Below, in pieces: positions 20,209 to 28,518 of a stretch of DNA of 64,000 nucleotides. Numbering within the stretch: the stretch's first letter is position 1; the number at the start of each line of letters is the position of its first letter. The stretch spans positions 9,930 to 73,929 of the forward strand of contig JAAZKW010000034.1 in NCBI GenBank assembly GCA_012799635.1. The letters are read 5' to 3'. The position numbers were made by a program, and so were the translations under genes. Source of the stretch: Mollicutes bacterium. GTDB taxonomy: Bacteria > Bacillota_I > Bacilli_A > RF39 > UBA660. The notes below the pieces were generated by a model. It did no database searches and had not been told where the DNA came from. It saw only the letters and a program-made list of their open reading frames with translations.

Positions 20209-20730
20209 TTAATTATATTTTAAACAACAACCATCTTTATCACAATAACAGTCTACTAATCCCATTCTATGTTCACCACAATTTGTAGCAGCGCTTGTTC
20301 CTTCAGCTGCTTGATCAGATTTATAATTACTTACAAGGACATCATCAAATACATAAGTACCATCAGATATGGAGAAATAATAATTATATTTACCTGAATC
20401 ATATTCTACAAAAACTGAACCAGTATATTTATCCCCTGGATTATCATCTTCTGTCCACATTCCAGAACCTTTAGTAAAATAGCCATATTTATAAAGATAT
20501 TCCAAATCAAAACAAATATCACTATTCGAACTAAAAGAACCATTTAATTGTTCAAATTGATATGCATTTTTAGCTGCTTCCACTGCTGAAAGCCCTTCAA
20601 GTCCTAAAGATGATTTCTTAGCTCTTCCCACTAATGGTCCTATCGCTGTTACACCAATTAACATTACTACTGAAAGTATTGTTATTATTGCTAAAAGTTC
20701 TATTAAAGTAAATCCTTTATTATTTTTCAT
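20209..20730 (-). CDS. Type IV pilin-like protein (prepilin cleavage/methylation N-terminus) with a Cys-rich C-terminal tail
   Basis: MKNNKG|FTLIELLAIITILSVVMLIGV. C-terminus CGEHRMGLVDCYCDKDGCCLKYN has 6 Cys in 23 aa. Confidence 0.7.
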   Translation of the reverse strand: MKNNKGFTLIELLAIITILSVVMLIGVTAIGPLVGRAKKSSLGLEGLSAVEAAKNAYQFEQLNGSFSSNSDICFDLEYLYKYGYFTKGSGMWTEDDNPGDKYTGSVFVEYDSGKYNYYFSISDGTYVFDDVLVSNYKSDQAAEGTSAATNCGEHRMGLVDCYCDKDGCCLKYN

Positions 20731-20789
20731 TAAGCCTCCACAATATAATGTTATTTTAGCATATTAATTTTGTTTAATGAATAATTACA

Positions 20790-20825
20790 AACAAAAAAAT
20801 AGAGATACTTGTAATATCTCTATTT
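20790..20825 (-). terminator. Rho-independent terminator between the paralog genes and the pilin gene
   Basis: AAATAGAGATA-(7 nt loop)-TATCTCTATTT, followed on the minus strand by TTTTTTT. Confidence 0.6.
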
Positions 20826-20828
20826 TAT

Positions 20829-22085
20829 TTATTCTGTTCTAATTATTTTCAAAAATAAATCATTTGTACTAGGATTCGTTGGCGAAGAAATTAAGTTATC
20901 TCCTGCATCCAGTAAATCAGATGCTACTCTAAATGTATTACCATCTTCATCTATTACCTGAGCATATACCAAATATTTTCCACCTGCTACTGCTTCTGTG
21001 TTACCTAAATCAGATAATTCTATTTCATCTAGAAGGTTATCATAAACAGGTACTTCGGAAAAATCTTCGTATTTATCTACAAGTTCTATACATTCCCCAT
21101 TATTATATTGCATTCTCGTTGCCATATAATCTAATTGATCTAAACTAGGAGATACAGGATTATGTTTTTGATATAAAAGTAAGAAATCTTTAATACTAAA
21201 ATGATCATTATGCATCCAGTCTTCAAAATATCGATATAAAGAAGCTTCTATTAACTTATATTTTTGAGTATTTTCATCTGTTACGTTTATTTTTAATTTA
21301 TCATTTTCAAAAGATGCATTTAAAGTTAAATCATTTCTAACTGAGGCAACAGAACTATACAAAGTACTATTTCCATACACAGGAGATACCGGAGGAGCTC
21401 CTTCTAAAACTTCTAGTTTTAAATATATTTTTTTAGAGTTTCCTACTTTATCAACAACATTTATATATGGATAGCCTATAACTGTGTAATTTGATATATC
21501 AGGATTAAATGTTACTTCTATTCCTTGAACGTCCCACATACCAGTTGCTTCTTGTTCTAATAAATTTAAACTCATTGATTCAAAACCAACTTCATCTGGA
21601 TAATAAAACTCTTGTGTCCCAAAGACCTTTGCATTTTTACCATCACTAAAACTATAATATTCTACTCCAGCATCAAGAAGAGGTGTCCATTTCCAAAGAT
21701 TGATTTTATCACTTTGAAAAATGTAACTTGTTGTCGTCTTGGAATAAAAACTTTTTATTACTGGAATTGTATACATATTATAATAGTTAATATTTGCAAT
21801 TAAATGTTCTTCATTAACTAACTTTTCTTCACCAGTTAGTCCATCAATAAAACTACCATCGGCTCTTTTATATATAACTGTTGTTCCATTTGGTACACCT
21901 TTTGATGTCATAGAAGCAAAAGTTAAATCCTCAGTTGTTAAAACTCCACCATAGTTATTACTACCATCTCTAGTAAATAGATGTTTCCCTATAACATAGG
22001 AATTTGGTGGTATTTCCAGTAGTGCATTAACTTTGAAAGTACCAATGATGAATAATAATATTGCTAATAATATTTTTTTCTTCAT
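20829..22085 (-). CDS. Secreted protein, paralog 2 of a tandem pair (418 aa)
   Basis: Signal peptide MKKKILLAILLFIIGTFKVNA. About 65-70% identical to the upstream gene, with shared blocks FESM(S/G)LNLLE, GYPY(I/V)NVVD and LDEIELSDLGN. Confidence 0.6.
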   Translation of the reverse strand: MKKKILLAILLFIIGTFKVNALLEIPPNSYVIGKHLFTRDGSNNYGGVLTTEDLTFASMTSKGVPNGTTVIYKRADGSFIDGLTGEEKLVNEEHLIANINYYNMYTIPVIKSFYSKTTTSYIFQSDKINLWKWTPLLDAGVEYYSFSDGKNAKVFGTQEFYYPDEVGFESMSLNLLEQEATGMWDVQGIEVTFNPDISNYTVIGYPYINVVDKVGNSKKIYLKLEVLEGAPPVSPVYGNSTLYSSVASVRNDLTLNASFENDKLKINVTDENTQKYKLIEASLYRYFEDWMHNDHFSIKDFLLLYQKHNPVSPSLDQLDYMATRMQYNNGECIELVDKYEDFSEVPVYDNLLDEIELSDLGNTEAVAGGKYLVYAQVIDEDGNTFRVASDLLDAGDNLISSPTNPSTNDLFLKIIRTE

Positions 22086-22097
22086 TTCTTTCTCCTT

Positions 22098-23357
22098 TTA
22101 TATACCAGTAAGCCTATAAAATAAAGCACTTGTACCGGGATCTGCCGGTTGAGAAACTAAATTAGTTCCTGCTTCCTGTAGATAAGATGCCACTTTAAAT
22201 ATATTCCCATCTTCATCTACTACCTGAGCATATATCAAATATTTTCCACCTGCTACTTCTTCTCTGTTACCTAAATCAGATAATTCTACTTCATCTAAAA
22301 GGTTATCATAAACTGGGTCTATAGAAAAATCTTCATATTTATCTACAATTTCTAAATATGTACCATTAAAACTTTTTAATCTATAAATAAAGTAAAAAAC
22401 AGACATTGGATAATCCATATCACCACCATCAGCTTGCACCAAATTCGCAAAATCCAAAAGATTAAAATGCTCATGAGACACATCTTCAAAATATCGATAT
22501 AAAGAAACTTCTATTAACTTATATTTTTGAGTGTTTTGATCTGTTACATTTATTTTCAATTTGTTATTTTCAAAAGTTCCATTTATAGTTAAATCATCTC
22601 TAACCGAAGCAACACTGGTATATAACTTACTATTTCCATAAAAATAAGGAAATCCTTCTTCAATATAATGAAGGTTAAGGTCATAATCAAGTTCTAAATA
22701 TATTTTTTGAAGTTTTCCTACTCTATCAACTACGTTTACATATGGATAACCGATAACTGTATAATTTGATATATCGGAATCAAATGTTACTTCTACTCCT
22801 TGAACACCCCACATACCAGTTGCTTGTGGTTCTAATAAATTTAAACCCATTGATTCAAATCCGTCTTCATCTGGATAATAAAATTCTTGAGTTCCAAAAA
22901 TTCTTGCATTTTTACTATCACTAAAACTATAATACTCTACTCCAGCTGCAAGATAAGTATCTGGGTCCCAATAACTAGTAGCTATAACATCATTTTGAAA
23001 AATATAACCTGTTGCTGTTTTTGAATAAAAACTCTTTATTATTGGAATTTCTTTTAAATTATAATACTTAATCTCAGCAAGCAAATACTCTTCATCAGCA
23101 TATAATAATAATTCACCAGTTAACCCATCAATATAACTACCATCAGCTCTTTTATAAAAAAGCCGATTGTCCCAAGCGCTTTGAGCAGCCATCATTAAAT
23201 GTTGAGTTGTCAAAACTCCATCATATTCATTACTACCATCTCTAGTAAATAGATATTCCCCTAAAACATAGGAATTTGGTGGTATTTCCAATAATGCATT
23301 AACATTATAAATACCAAAGATGAACATTAAAATTGCTAATAATATTTTTTTCTTCAT
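22098..23357 (-). CDS. Secreted protein, paralog 1 of a tandem pair (419 aa)
   Basis: Signal peptide MKKKILLAILMFIFGIYNVNA. Collinear with the downstream paralog. Confidence 0.6.
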   Translation of the reverse strand: MKKKILLAILMFIFGIYNVNALLEIPPNSYVLGEYLFTRDGSNEYDGVLTTQHLMMAAQSAWDNRLFYKRADGSYIDGLTGELLLYADEEYLLAEIKYYNLKEIPIIKSFYSKTATGYIFQNDVIATSYWDPDTYLAAGVEYYSFSDSKNARIFGTQEFYYPDEDGFESMGLNLLEPQATGMWGVQGVEVTFDSDISNYTVIGYPYVNVVDRVGKLQKIYLELDYDLNLHYIEEGFPYFYGNSKLYTSVASVRDDLTINGTFENNKLKINVTDQNTQKYKLIEVSLYRYFEDVSHEHFNLLDFANLVQADGGDMDYPMSVFYFIYRLKSFNGTYLEIVDKYEDFSIDPVYDNLLDEVELSDLGNREEVAGGKYLIYAQVVDEDGNIFKVASYLQEAGTNLVSQPADPGTSALFYRLTGI

Positions 23358-23367
23358 TTTTTCTCCT

Positions 23368-24648
23368 TTATTCTCTATTAGCCGTTACTCTTCTTCCATT
23401 TATTAGTACAACTGTAACAGCATTTATTCCCTCAACATCAAACTTATTAATAGTTGGGTTTGACCCAGTACAAATTTTATTACCATTAACTTCTATAGAT
23501 GTAAAATTAATCTTTGTTCCATCTTCATAAACAGAAATTATTCTATCTGGGGAATAATCATCCACTAAGGTTACTTTAAATGTGTAACTTTTTTCAACCC
23601 AAGTTGCATTTAAAACAATATTACCAGTAACTGCTTGATTAAAATCATAATTACTTCCATTTAATTGCCAGCTACCAAAATTATAACCCTCTTTTGTTGG
23701 ATTATTTGGTTTTGTTACTTTATTGCCCTCTGTAACAGTTTGTGATGGAACACTACTTCCGCCATTACTATTGAAAATTACTGAATAACTATTTATAACT
23801 ACTTCTTTCCAACGAGCTACTAAAGTTATGTTACTATTAACTTTCAAACTAAAATTATACTTGCTTCCATCTAAATACCAACCTTCAAATGTATATCCAC
23901 TTCTTGTTGGATTTTTTGGCTGTACTGCAGTTTTTCCTGCAATCACTCTTTGTGTTGCAACACTATTTCCTCCATCGCTGTTAAATTTAACCTCATATCT
24001 TTTTACATTTGGATCTTCTTTCCACTTTGCTACTAATGTTATATTTCCAGTAACTACAGTATTAAAATCATATTTTTTATTATTCAAATACCAGCCATCA
24101 AAAATATAACCTTCTTTCTTCATATTATTAGGTTCAGATACTTTACCACCAACATTAACCGTTTGATTGTTAACTCTTGTACCTCCATTTGAATTAAATT
24201 TCACAGTATAAGATGATACCTTTTCATATTTTCCTTCGATTGTTAAATCCTTAGTTATTGGTGTAGTAAGGTCATATTCCTTACCATCAACATACCATAC
24301 AAGAGCATAGCCACTTCTATCCTCAAAACCTAATTCTGACACGTTGATTTCACTACTTTCACTAACTTCAATTGTTTTTGTTTTACCTTCAACATTAAAT
24401 GTAAGTTTATATTTTTCTGCTTCTTCATCTGATTTTGTCCAAATAGCTTTTAATGTCATATTTTCTTTTACTGTGCTTGAAAAATCATATTCTTCATCAT
24501 TATATTCCCATCTGACAAAATCATATTCCTCTTTTGTTGGATCATCAGGTTTAATTACTTTTCCACCTTTTTTAACCGTTTGGATTGGAATTTCACTTCC
24601 GCCATCAGTATCAAAAGTCACTTTATAACCTCTTGTACTTAAAAGCAA
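23368..24648 (-). CDS. Surface protein with about 5 Listeria-Bacteroides (Flg_new-type) repeats; the body of a gene whose signal-peptide exon is out of frame upstream (24626-24718)
   Basis: Repeats xYxVxFNSNGGxxVxxQTVxxGxKVxxPxNPTKEGYxFxGWYLNGxxYDFNxxVTGNITLxAxW recur five times. The ORF only begins at a TTG, with no signal peptide of its own. An upstream 31-codon ORF MSSKATMIIAGFIAALIALLSSFFAFKYKRL* with a GGAGG RBS is in the +1 frame. Confidence 0.65.
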   Translation of the reverse strand: MLLSTRGYKVTFDTDGGSEIPIQTVKKGGKVIKPDDPTKEEYDFVRWEYNDEEYDFSSTVKENMTLKAIWTKSDEEAEKYKLTFNVEGKTKTIEVSESSEINVSELGFEDRSGYALVWYVDGKEYDLTTPITKDLTIEGKYEKVSSYTVKFNSNGGTRVNNQTVNVGGKVSEPNNMKKEGYIFDGWYLNNKKYDFNTVVTGNITLVAKWKEDPNVKRYEVKFNSDGGNSVATQRVIAGKTAVQPKNPTRSGYTFEGWYLDGSKYNFSLKVNSNITLVARWKEVVINSYSVIFNSNGGSSVPSQTVTEGNKVTKPNNPTKEGYNFGSWQLNGSNYDFNQAVTGNIVLNATWVEKSYTFKVTLVDDYSPDRIISVYEDGTKINFTSIEVNGNKICTGSNPTINKFDVEGINAVTVVLINGRRVTANRE

Positions 24649-24653
24649 AAAAA
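24647..24653. repeat. A7 (T7 on the coding strand) homopolymer at the junction between the signal peptide and the repeat-protein body
   Basis: With 7 T the reading frame terminates after 31 aa. With 6 (or 9) T the frames fuse into MSSKATMIIAGFIAALIALLSSFLLLSTRGYKVTFD.... Confidence 0.7.
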
Positions 24654-24786
24654 GAACTCAACAAAGCAATTAATGCTGCGATAAAACCAGCAATTATCAT
24701 TGTTGCCTTGCTACTCATTTTTTTCCTCCTTTCCCTCAAAAAAACAAATCGCACATTACTAAAGCTACCTTTAGTATGTTAGCAAC

Positions 24787-24877
24787 ATTGTACTAAAAGT
24801 ATTACCTCAATGTCAATCTTTTTATGTTTTGATTAATAAAAACATTTGTTTGACTTTTATGTAATACTATAATAGAA
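24787..24877. promoter_or_regulatory. Divergent promoter region between lexA and the surface-protein cluster, with a candidate LexA operator
   Basis: Plus strand: TTGACT-N17-TAGAAT upstream of lexA. Minus strand: TTGACA-N18-TACAAT upstream of the repeat-protein gene. Palindrome AAACATTTGTTT (about 24840-24851) resembles a degenerate Cheo box GAAC-N4-GTTC and overlaps the lexA -35. Confidence 0.4.
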
Positions 24878-24896
24878 TTTAATTATAAAAAGGAGT

Positions 24897-25526
24897 TTGA
24901 AAATGGAGAAAAACCTTTCTAAAAGACAAAAAGATGTTTTAGATTTTATAAAAAAATATAGTGCTAAAAATGGTTATCCTCCTACTATAAGAGAAATATG
25001 TAAAGGAGTGGGCTTATCTAGTACTGCTACTGTCTTTGTTCATGTTAAAAATTTAGAAAACCTCGGAGTTTTAAAAAGTAGTAACAATAAATTTCGTACT
25101 TTAGAACTTCTAGTTGATAATGAATACGAAAAGAAAAATGAAGAAGTAGTTAAGGTACCTCTTCTTGGAAAAGTAACTGCAGGTAATCCTATTACTGCCA
25201 TTGAAATGCCTAATGAATTTTTCTTCCTTCCTTCATATTTAGTGCCTCCTTCTAAAGAAATATTTACCTTACATGTATCTGGAGATAGTATGATAAATGC
25301 TGGAATATTTGATAATGATTATGTTATTGTTCAAAGACAAAAAAATGCTAATAATGGACAAATTGTAGTCGCTATGAATAATGACAATGAGGTTACTTTA
25401 AAAAGATTTTATAAAGAAAAGGGACATATTAGATTACAACCTGAAAACGATACCATGGAACCCATTATCCTTGATGATTGTGAAATCCTTGGCATCGCTA
25501 TCGGTCTTTATCGCAAAATAAAATAG
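24897..25526 (+). CDS. lexA: LexA repressor (S24 peptidase)
   Basis: N-terminal winged-HTH, catalytic Ser in SGDSMINAGI and Lys in VTLKRF, 209 aa. Confidence 0.9.
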   Translation: MKMEKNLSKRQKDVLDFIKKYSAKNGYPPTIREICKGVGLSSTATVFVHVKNLENLGVLKSSNNKFRTLELLVDNEYEKKNEEVVKVPLLGKVTAGNPITAIEMPNEFFFLPSYLVPPSKEIFTLHVSGDSMINAGIFDNDYVIVQRQKNANNGQIVVAMNNDNEVTLKRFYKEKGHIRLQPENDTMEPIILDDCEILGIAIGLYRKIK

Positions 25527-25556
25527 TAAGAATTTTAATCTTTCTTACTATTTTTT
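25525..25556. terminator. Bidirectional terminator shared by lexA and the convergent gene
   Basis: AGTAAGAA-(loop)-TTCTTACT followed by TTTTTT. The stop codons of both convergent genes lie within it. Confidence 0.55.
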
Positions 25557-26614
25557 ATTACTTTAATTTTCTTACTATTAATAATTATAATTACTAAAAT
25601 TGCTACCATTATTATTAAAATAACTGGAATACCTATAATTAATAAATATTTATTAACACTTTTTTTTGTTATATCATCAGGTGATTCTTCGATTACTTTA
25701 GTCTTGATACTTTCCTTTATTTGCTTTTGTTTTTCTTCTTCAGTTAATGGTTCTTTTTTCTTAGCATCTATTATAATATCATGATCATCTGCTTCATCTG
25801 TAGGATACTGCAAAATATACAGTTTTCCATCAACATCTATATATAAATTATCTACCTCAGCATAATTTTGTGAATTAGAATATTTAGGATAAGAAATATA
25901 TTTAATTTGATATTCTTTATTAAGTTTAAAAACATCTTCTAAATTTAATTTGTTTCCTTCTAAATCAAATACTCGGCATAACTTATTTGAATAATTTTTA
26001 CATTCAAAACTCTTAAACGTCAATTTATAATTATAATCTTCTAGAACATTACTTGAGTGAATTGGAACTAATTTGCCATTATATTTCATATAAAAAGCAT
26101 ATTTATCAGAGAAAGGATAGCCAATATCTTTTAGAGCAAGATATTTAACATCAATTGGAGTTAAAAACTTTAGTCCGTATTTATCATACTCTTCATCTTT
26201 TCTTTCCCAACCGTATATTTTATCATCGTATTTTTTAATAACATCTTTTGTATAATAATAAGGAATATTTTCTAATCTTTGTCCTAAATATCTCCCGCAA
26301 TTAAACTTATCTTCTCGATAATCAAGTTTAACATATCCAGAAAGATTACCCTCGGTAATATAAACCCAGCCACCCGTTTCATAACAATCATTTGAATATT
26401 TGACTTTTGTTTCAGCTTTTAAAGTGCCAACTTCTTCGAACAGTTCCGATGGACCTCTTCTTAATATTACATCAACAAGTAAATAACGAACAACATACTT
26501 TTCAATTTTATGTTCAAAACTGGGATTTATTAAGTCTTCAGCTTTAATATAATGGTGGATATAAGGTTCATTAGTAGGGATGGCAAAAAAATTAACTTTT
26601 TGAACATTTGACAC
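25535..26614 (-). CDS. C-terminally anchored (tail-anchor TM) protein with an SH3-like N-terminal region
   Basis: C-terminal TM LLIIGIPVILIIMVAILVIIII. No N-terminal signal peptide. Confidence 0.35.
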   Translation of the reverse strand: MSNVQKVNFFAIPTNEPYIHHYIKAEDLINPSFEHKIEKYVVRYLLVDVILRRGPSELFEEVGTLKAETKVKYSNDCYETGGWVYITEGNLSGYVKLDYREDKFNCGRYLGQRLENIPYYYTKDVIKKYDDKIYGWERKDEEYDKYGLKFLTPIDVKYLALKDIGYPFSDKYAFYMKYNGKLVPIHSSNVLEDYNYKLTFKSFECKNYSNKLCRVFDLEGNKLNLEDVFKLNKEYQIKYISYPKYSNSQNYAEVDNLYIDVDGKLYILQYPTDEADDHDIIIDAKKKEPLTEEEKQKQIKESIKTKVIEESPDDITKKSVNKYLLIIGIPVILIIMVAILVIIIINSKKIKVIKNSKKD

Positions 26615-26631
26615 TTTAGCACCACGGGGTA

Positions 26632-26994
26632 TTAAAAATTTTTTTCATTTTCACTAAGAAGAGTATTAACATCATATTCATCAGTTATTTCCGCTGTAAA
26701 GTTATCTGCAATATGCTCGTTTTTTAAGCTTCTTATTGAAATATAATATTTTTTATTATTATAAATGACAGAAACATACTCTGAAACCATATTATCTATT
26801 GGAACTTTTGTGCCATATGGTATTATGGTTTTATCATTTTCACCAAAACCACAACAACTAAATACCTTAGCGCCATCTTGATTACCCACCTTTGCCATAG
26901 GTGTTTCTTTTACAAAGATAGGTCCAGAATCTGCTGAAACGACAAGAGACATTAACATTACTACAACAATTAATAATTTTAAAATTTTTTTCAT
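26632..26994 (-). CDS. Small secreted protein (SH3b-like)
   Basis: Signal peptide MKKILKLLIVVVMLMSLVVSA. Confidence 0.4.
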   Translation of the reverse strand: MKKILKLLIVVVMLMSLVVSADSGPIFVKETPMAKVGNQDGAKVFSCCGFGENDKTIIPYGTKVPIDNMVSEYVSVIYNNKKYYISIRSLKNEHIADNFTAEITDEYDVNTLLSENEKNF

Positions 26995-27063
26995 CTTTAA
27001 CTCCTATAAATTTAAAAACATTTACTAAATCTTTTTTTCTGCGTTAAAACATGATTAAATTTG

Positions 27064-27696
27064 TTAAATACTATCTTTTAATATTTTAATCTGTTTATTA
27101 AAGTCATCTGATGATGTTATAAAAGAACCACTTACTATTAAATCAATGTTTTTATCTTTTAAATAACTAATACTTTCATCATTTATTCCTCCATCGACAC
27201 TAATAGTAAAATGGTATTTGTTTTTTATTTTATTTAAATAATCAATTTTATCTAAAACTTTAGGAATAAAACTTTGTCCTCCTTTACCAGGATTAACACT
27301 CATTATAAGTATTTGATCAACAACATCTAAAAAATTATCAATCATTCTTATATCTTGCTTAGGATTGATAGCAATACCCACTTTTAATCCTAAAGAATTA
27401 ATATAATTAATACTTTCTTTCAAATTAGGAATACTTAAATGAACAGTAATTGTTTCAATATCATAATAAAGAATTTCATTTATATAATCTATTGGATTAT
27501 TAACCATTAAATGAACATCTAATTTCTTTTTTGCAACTTTTAATGTCTTATTTAAAAGTTTTGGAGTAAAGTTTTTACCTTCAACATATTTTCCATCGCA
27601 AACGTCCACATGAATAAAATCTGCTTTAGATTTGTTTATTCTTTTAATACAATTTACATAATTATCACTTTTTAAAAAACTTACTGCTACTTTCAT
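27064..27696 (-). CDS. rpe: Ribulose-phosphate 3-epimerase
   Basis: HVDVCDG...; 210 aa, TIM-barrel Rpe motifs. Confidence 0.88.
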   Translation of the reverse strand: MKVAVSFLKSDNYVNCIKRINKSKADFIHVDVCDGKYVEGKNFTPKLLNKTLKVAKKKLDVHLMVNNPIDYINEILYYDIETITVHLSIPNLKESINYINSLGLKVGIAINPKQDIRMIDNFLDVVDQILIMSVNPGKGGQSFIPKVLDKIDYLNKIKNKYHFTISVDGGINDESISYLKDKNIDLIVSGSFITSSDDFNKQIKILKDSI

Positions 27697-28516
27697 CTTT
27701 CTCCTTTATAAACCTTTTATAATTTTTATACCTTGAAGGTAAAATGTTTTTATTACCTTCAATGCCACAACCATCAATATTTATATGATAACACCCAGTA
27801 TATTTACAAGTATAATTATTAAATTCTATAAAACAATCTTTTATTACTTCTTTATCGATATTATCAAAATCAAGAGCACTAAATCCTGGTGTATCTACGA
27901 TATAAAAATCATCAACTTTATATATACTGTTAAGCCTTGTTGTATGAACTCCTCTTCCAAGAGCTTTTGATATTGGAGCTGTTTTTAAATCTAAAGTGCT
28001 ATCAATTTTATTAATAAAAGTTGACTTTCCTGAACCAGTTTGTCCTGCACATACAACAGTTTTGCCCGAAACTAGCTTTTTAAAATAACTAATTTCGGTA
28101 TTTTCTATTACTTCAAAACCAATTTTTTTATAATATTTTTTTATTTCTTTTATCTTTTCATATTCATCATCATTTAGTAAATCACACTTAGTAAAACATA
28201 TAATTGGAGTAATTTTACTTGCCAAAGAATGAACAAGAAGCTTATCTAATAAAAGCAAATCCAAATTAGGTTTTTTAACACTAACCATAATAAGAGACAT
28301 ATCAATATTAGCAACACTTGGTCTTTGTAATTGATTTTTTCTTTTAAGTATTTCAATAATTTGGCTATCTTTTACATTTATTACTACGTTATCACCAACT
28401 AAAGGAGTAACCTTTTTTTCCCGAAAAACACCTCTTACAGTACATACATATTTTTTATCTTTTGCAATAACAGTATAATTACTACTATTAATATTTATTA
28501 TTCGTCCTTTTAACAT
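27665..28516 (-). CDS. rsgA: Ribosome small-subunit-dependent GTPase A
   Basis: Circularly permuted GTPase motifs, GQTGSGKSTFINKI, C-terminal Zn-finger CKYTGCYHINIDGC. Confidence 0.85.
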   Translation of the reverse strand: MLKGRIININSSNYTVIAKDKKYVCTVRGVFREKKVTPLVGDNVVINVKDSQIIEILKRKNQLQRPSVANIDMSLIMVSVKKPNLDLLLLDKLLVHSLASKITPIICFTKCDLLNDDEYEKIKEIKKYYKKIGFEVIENTEISYFKKLVSGKTVVCAGQTGSGKSTFINKIDSTLDLKTAPISKALGRGVHTTRLNSIYKVDDFYIVDTPGFSALDFDNIDKEVIKDCFIEFNNYTCKYTGCYHINIDGCGIEGNKNILPSRYKNYKRFIKEKDESSSKFFKK

Positions 28517-28518
28517 AA

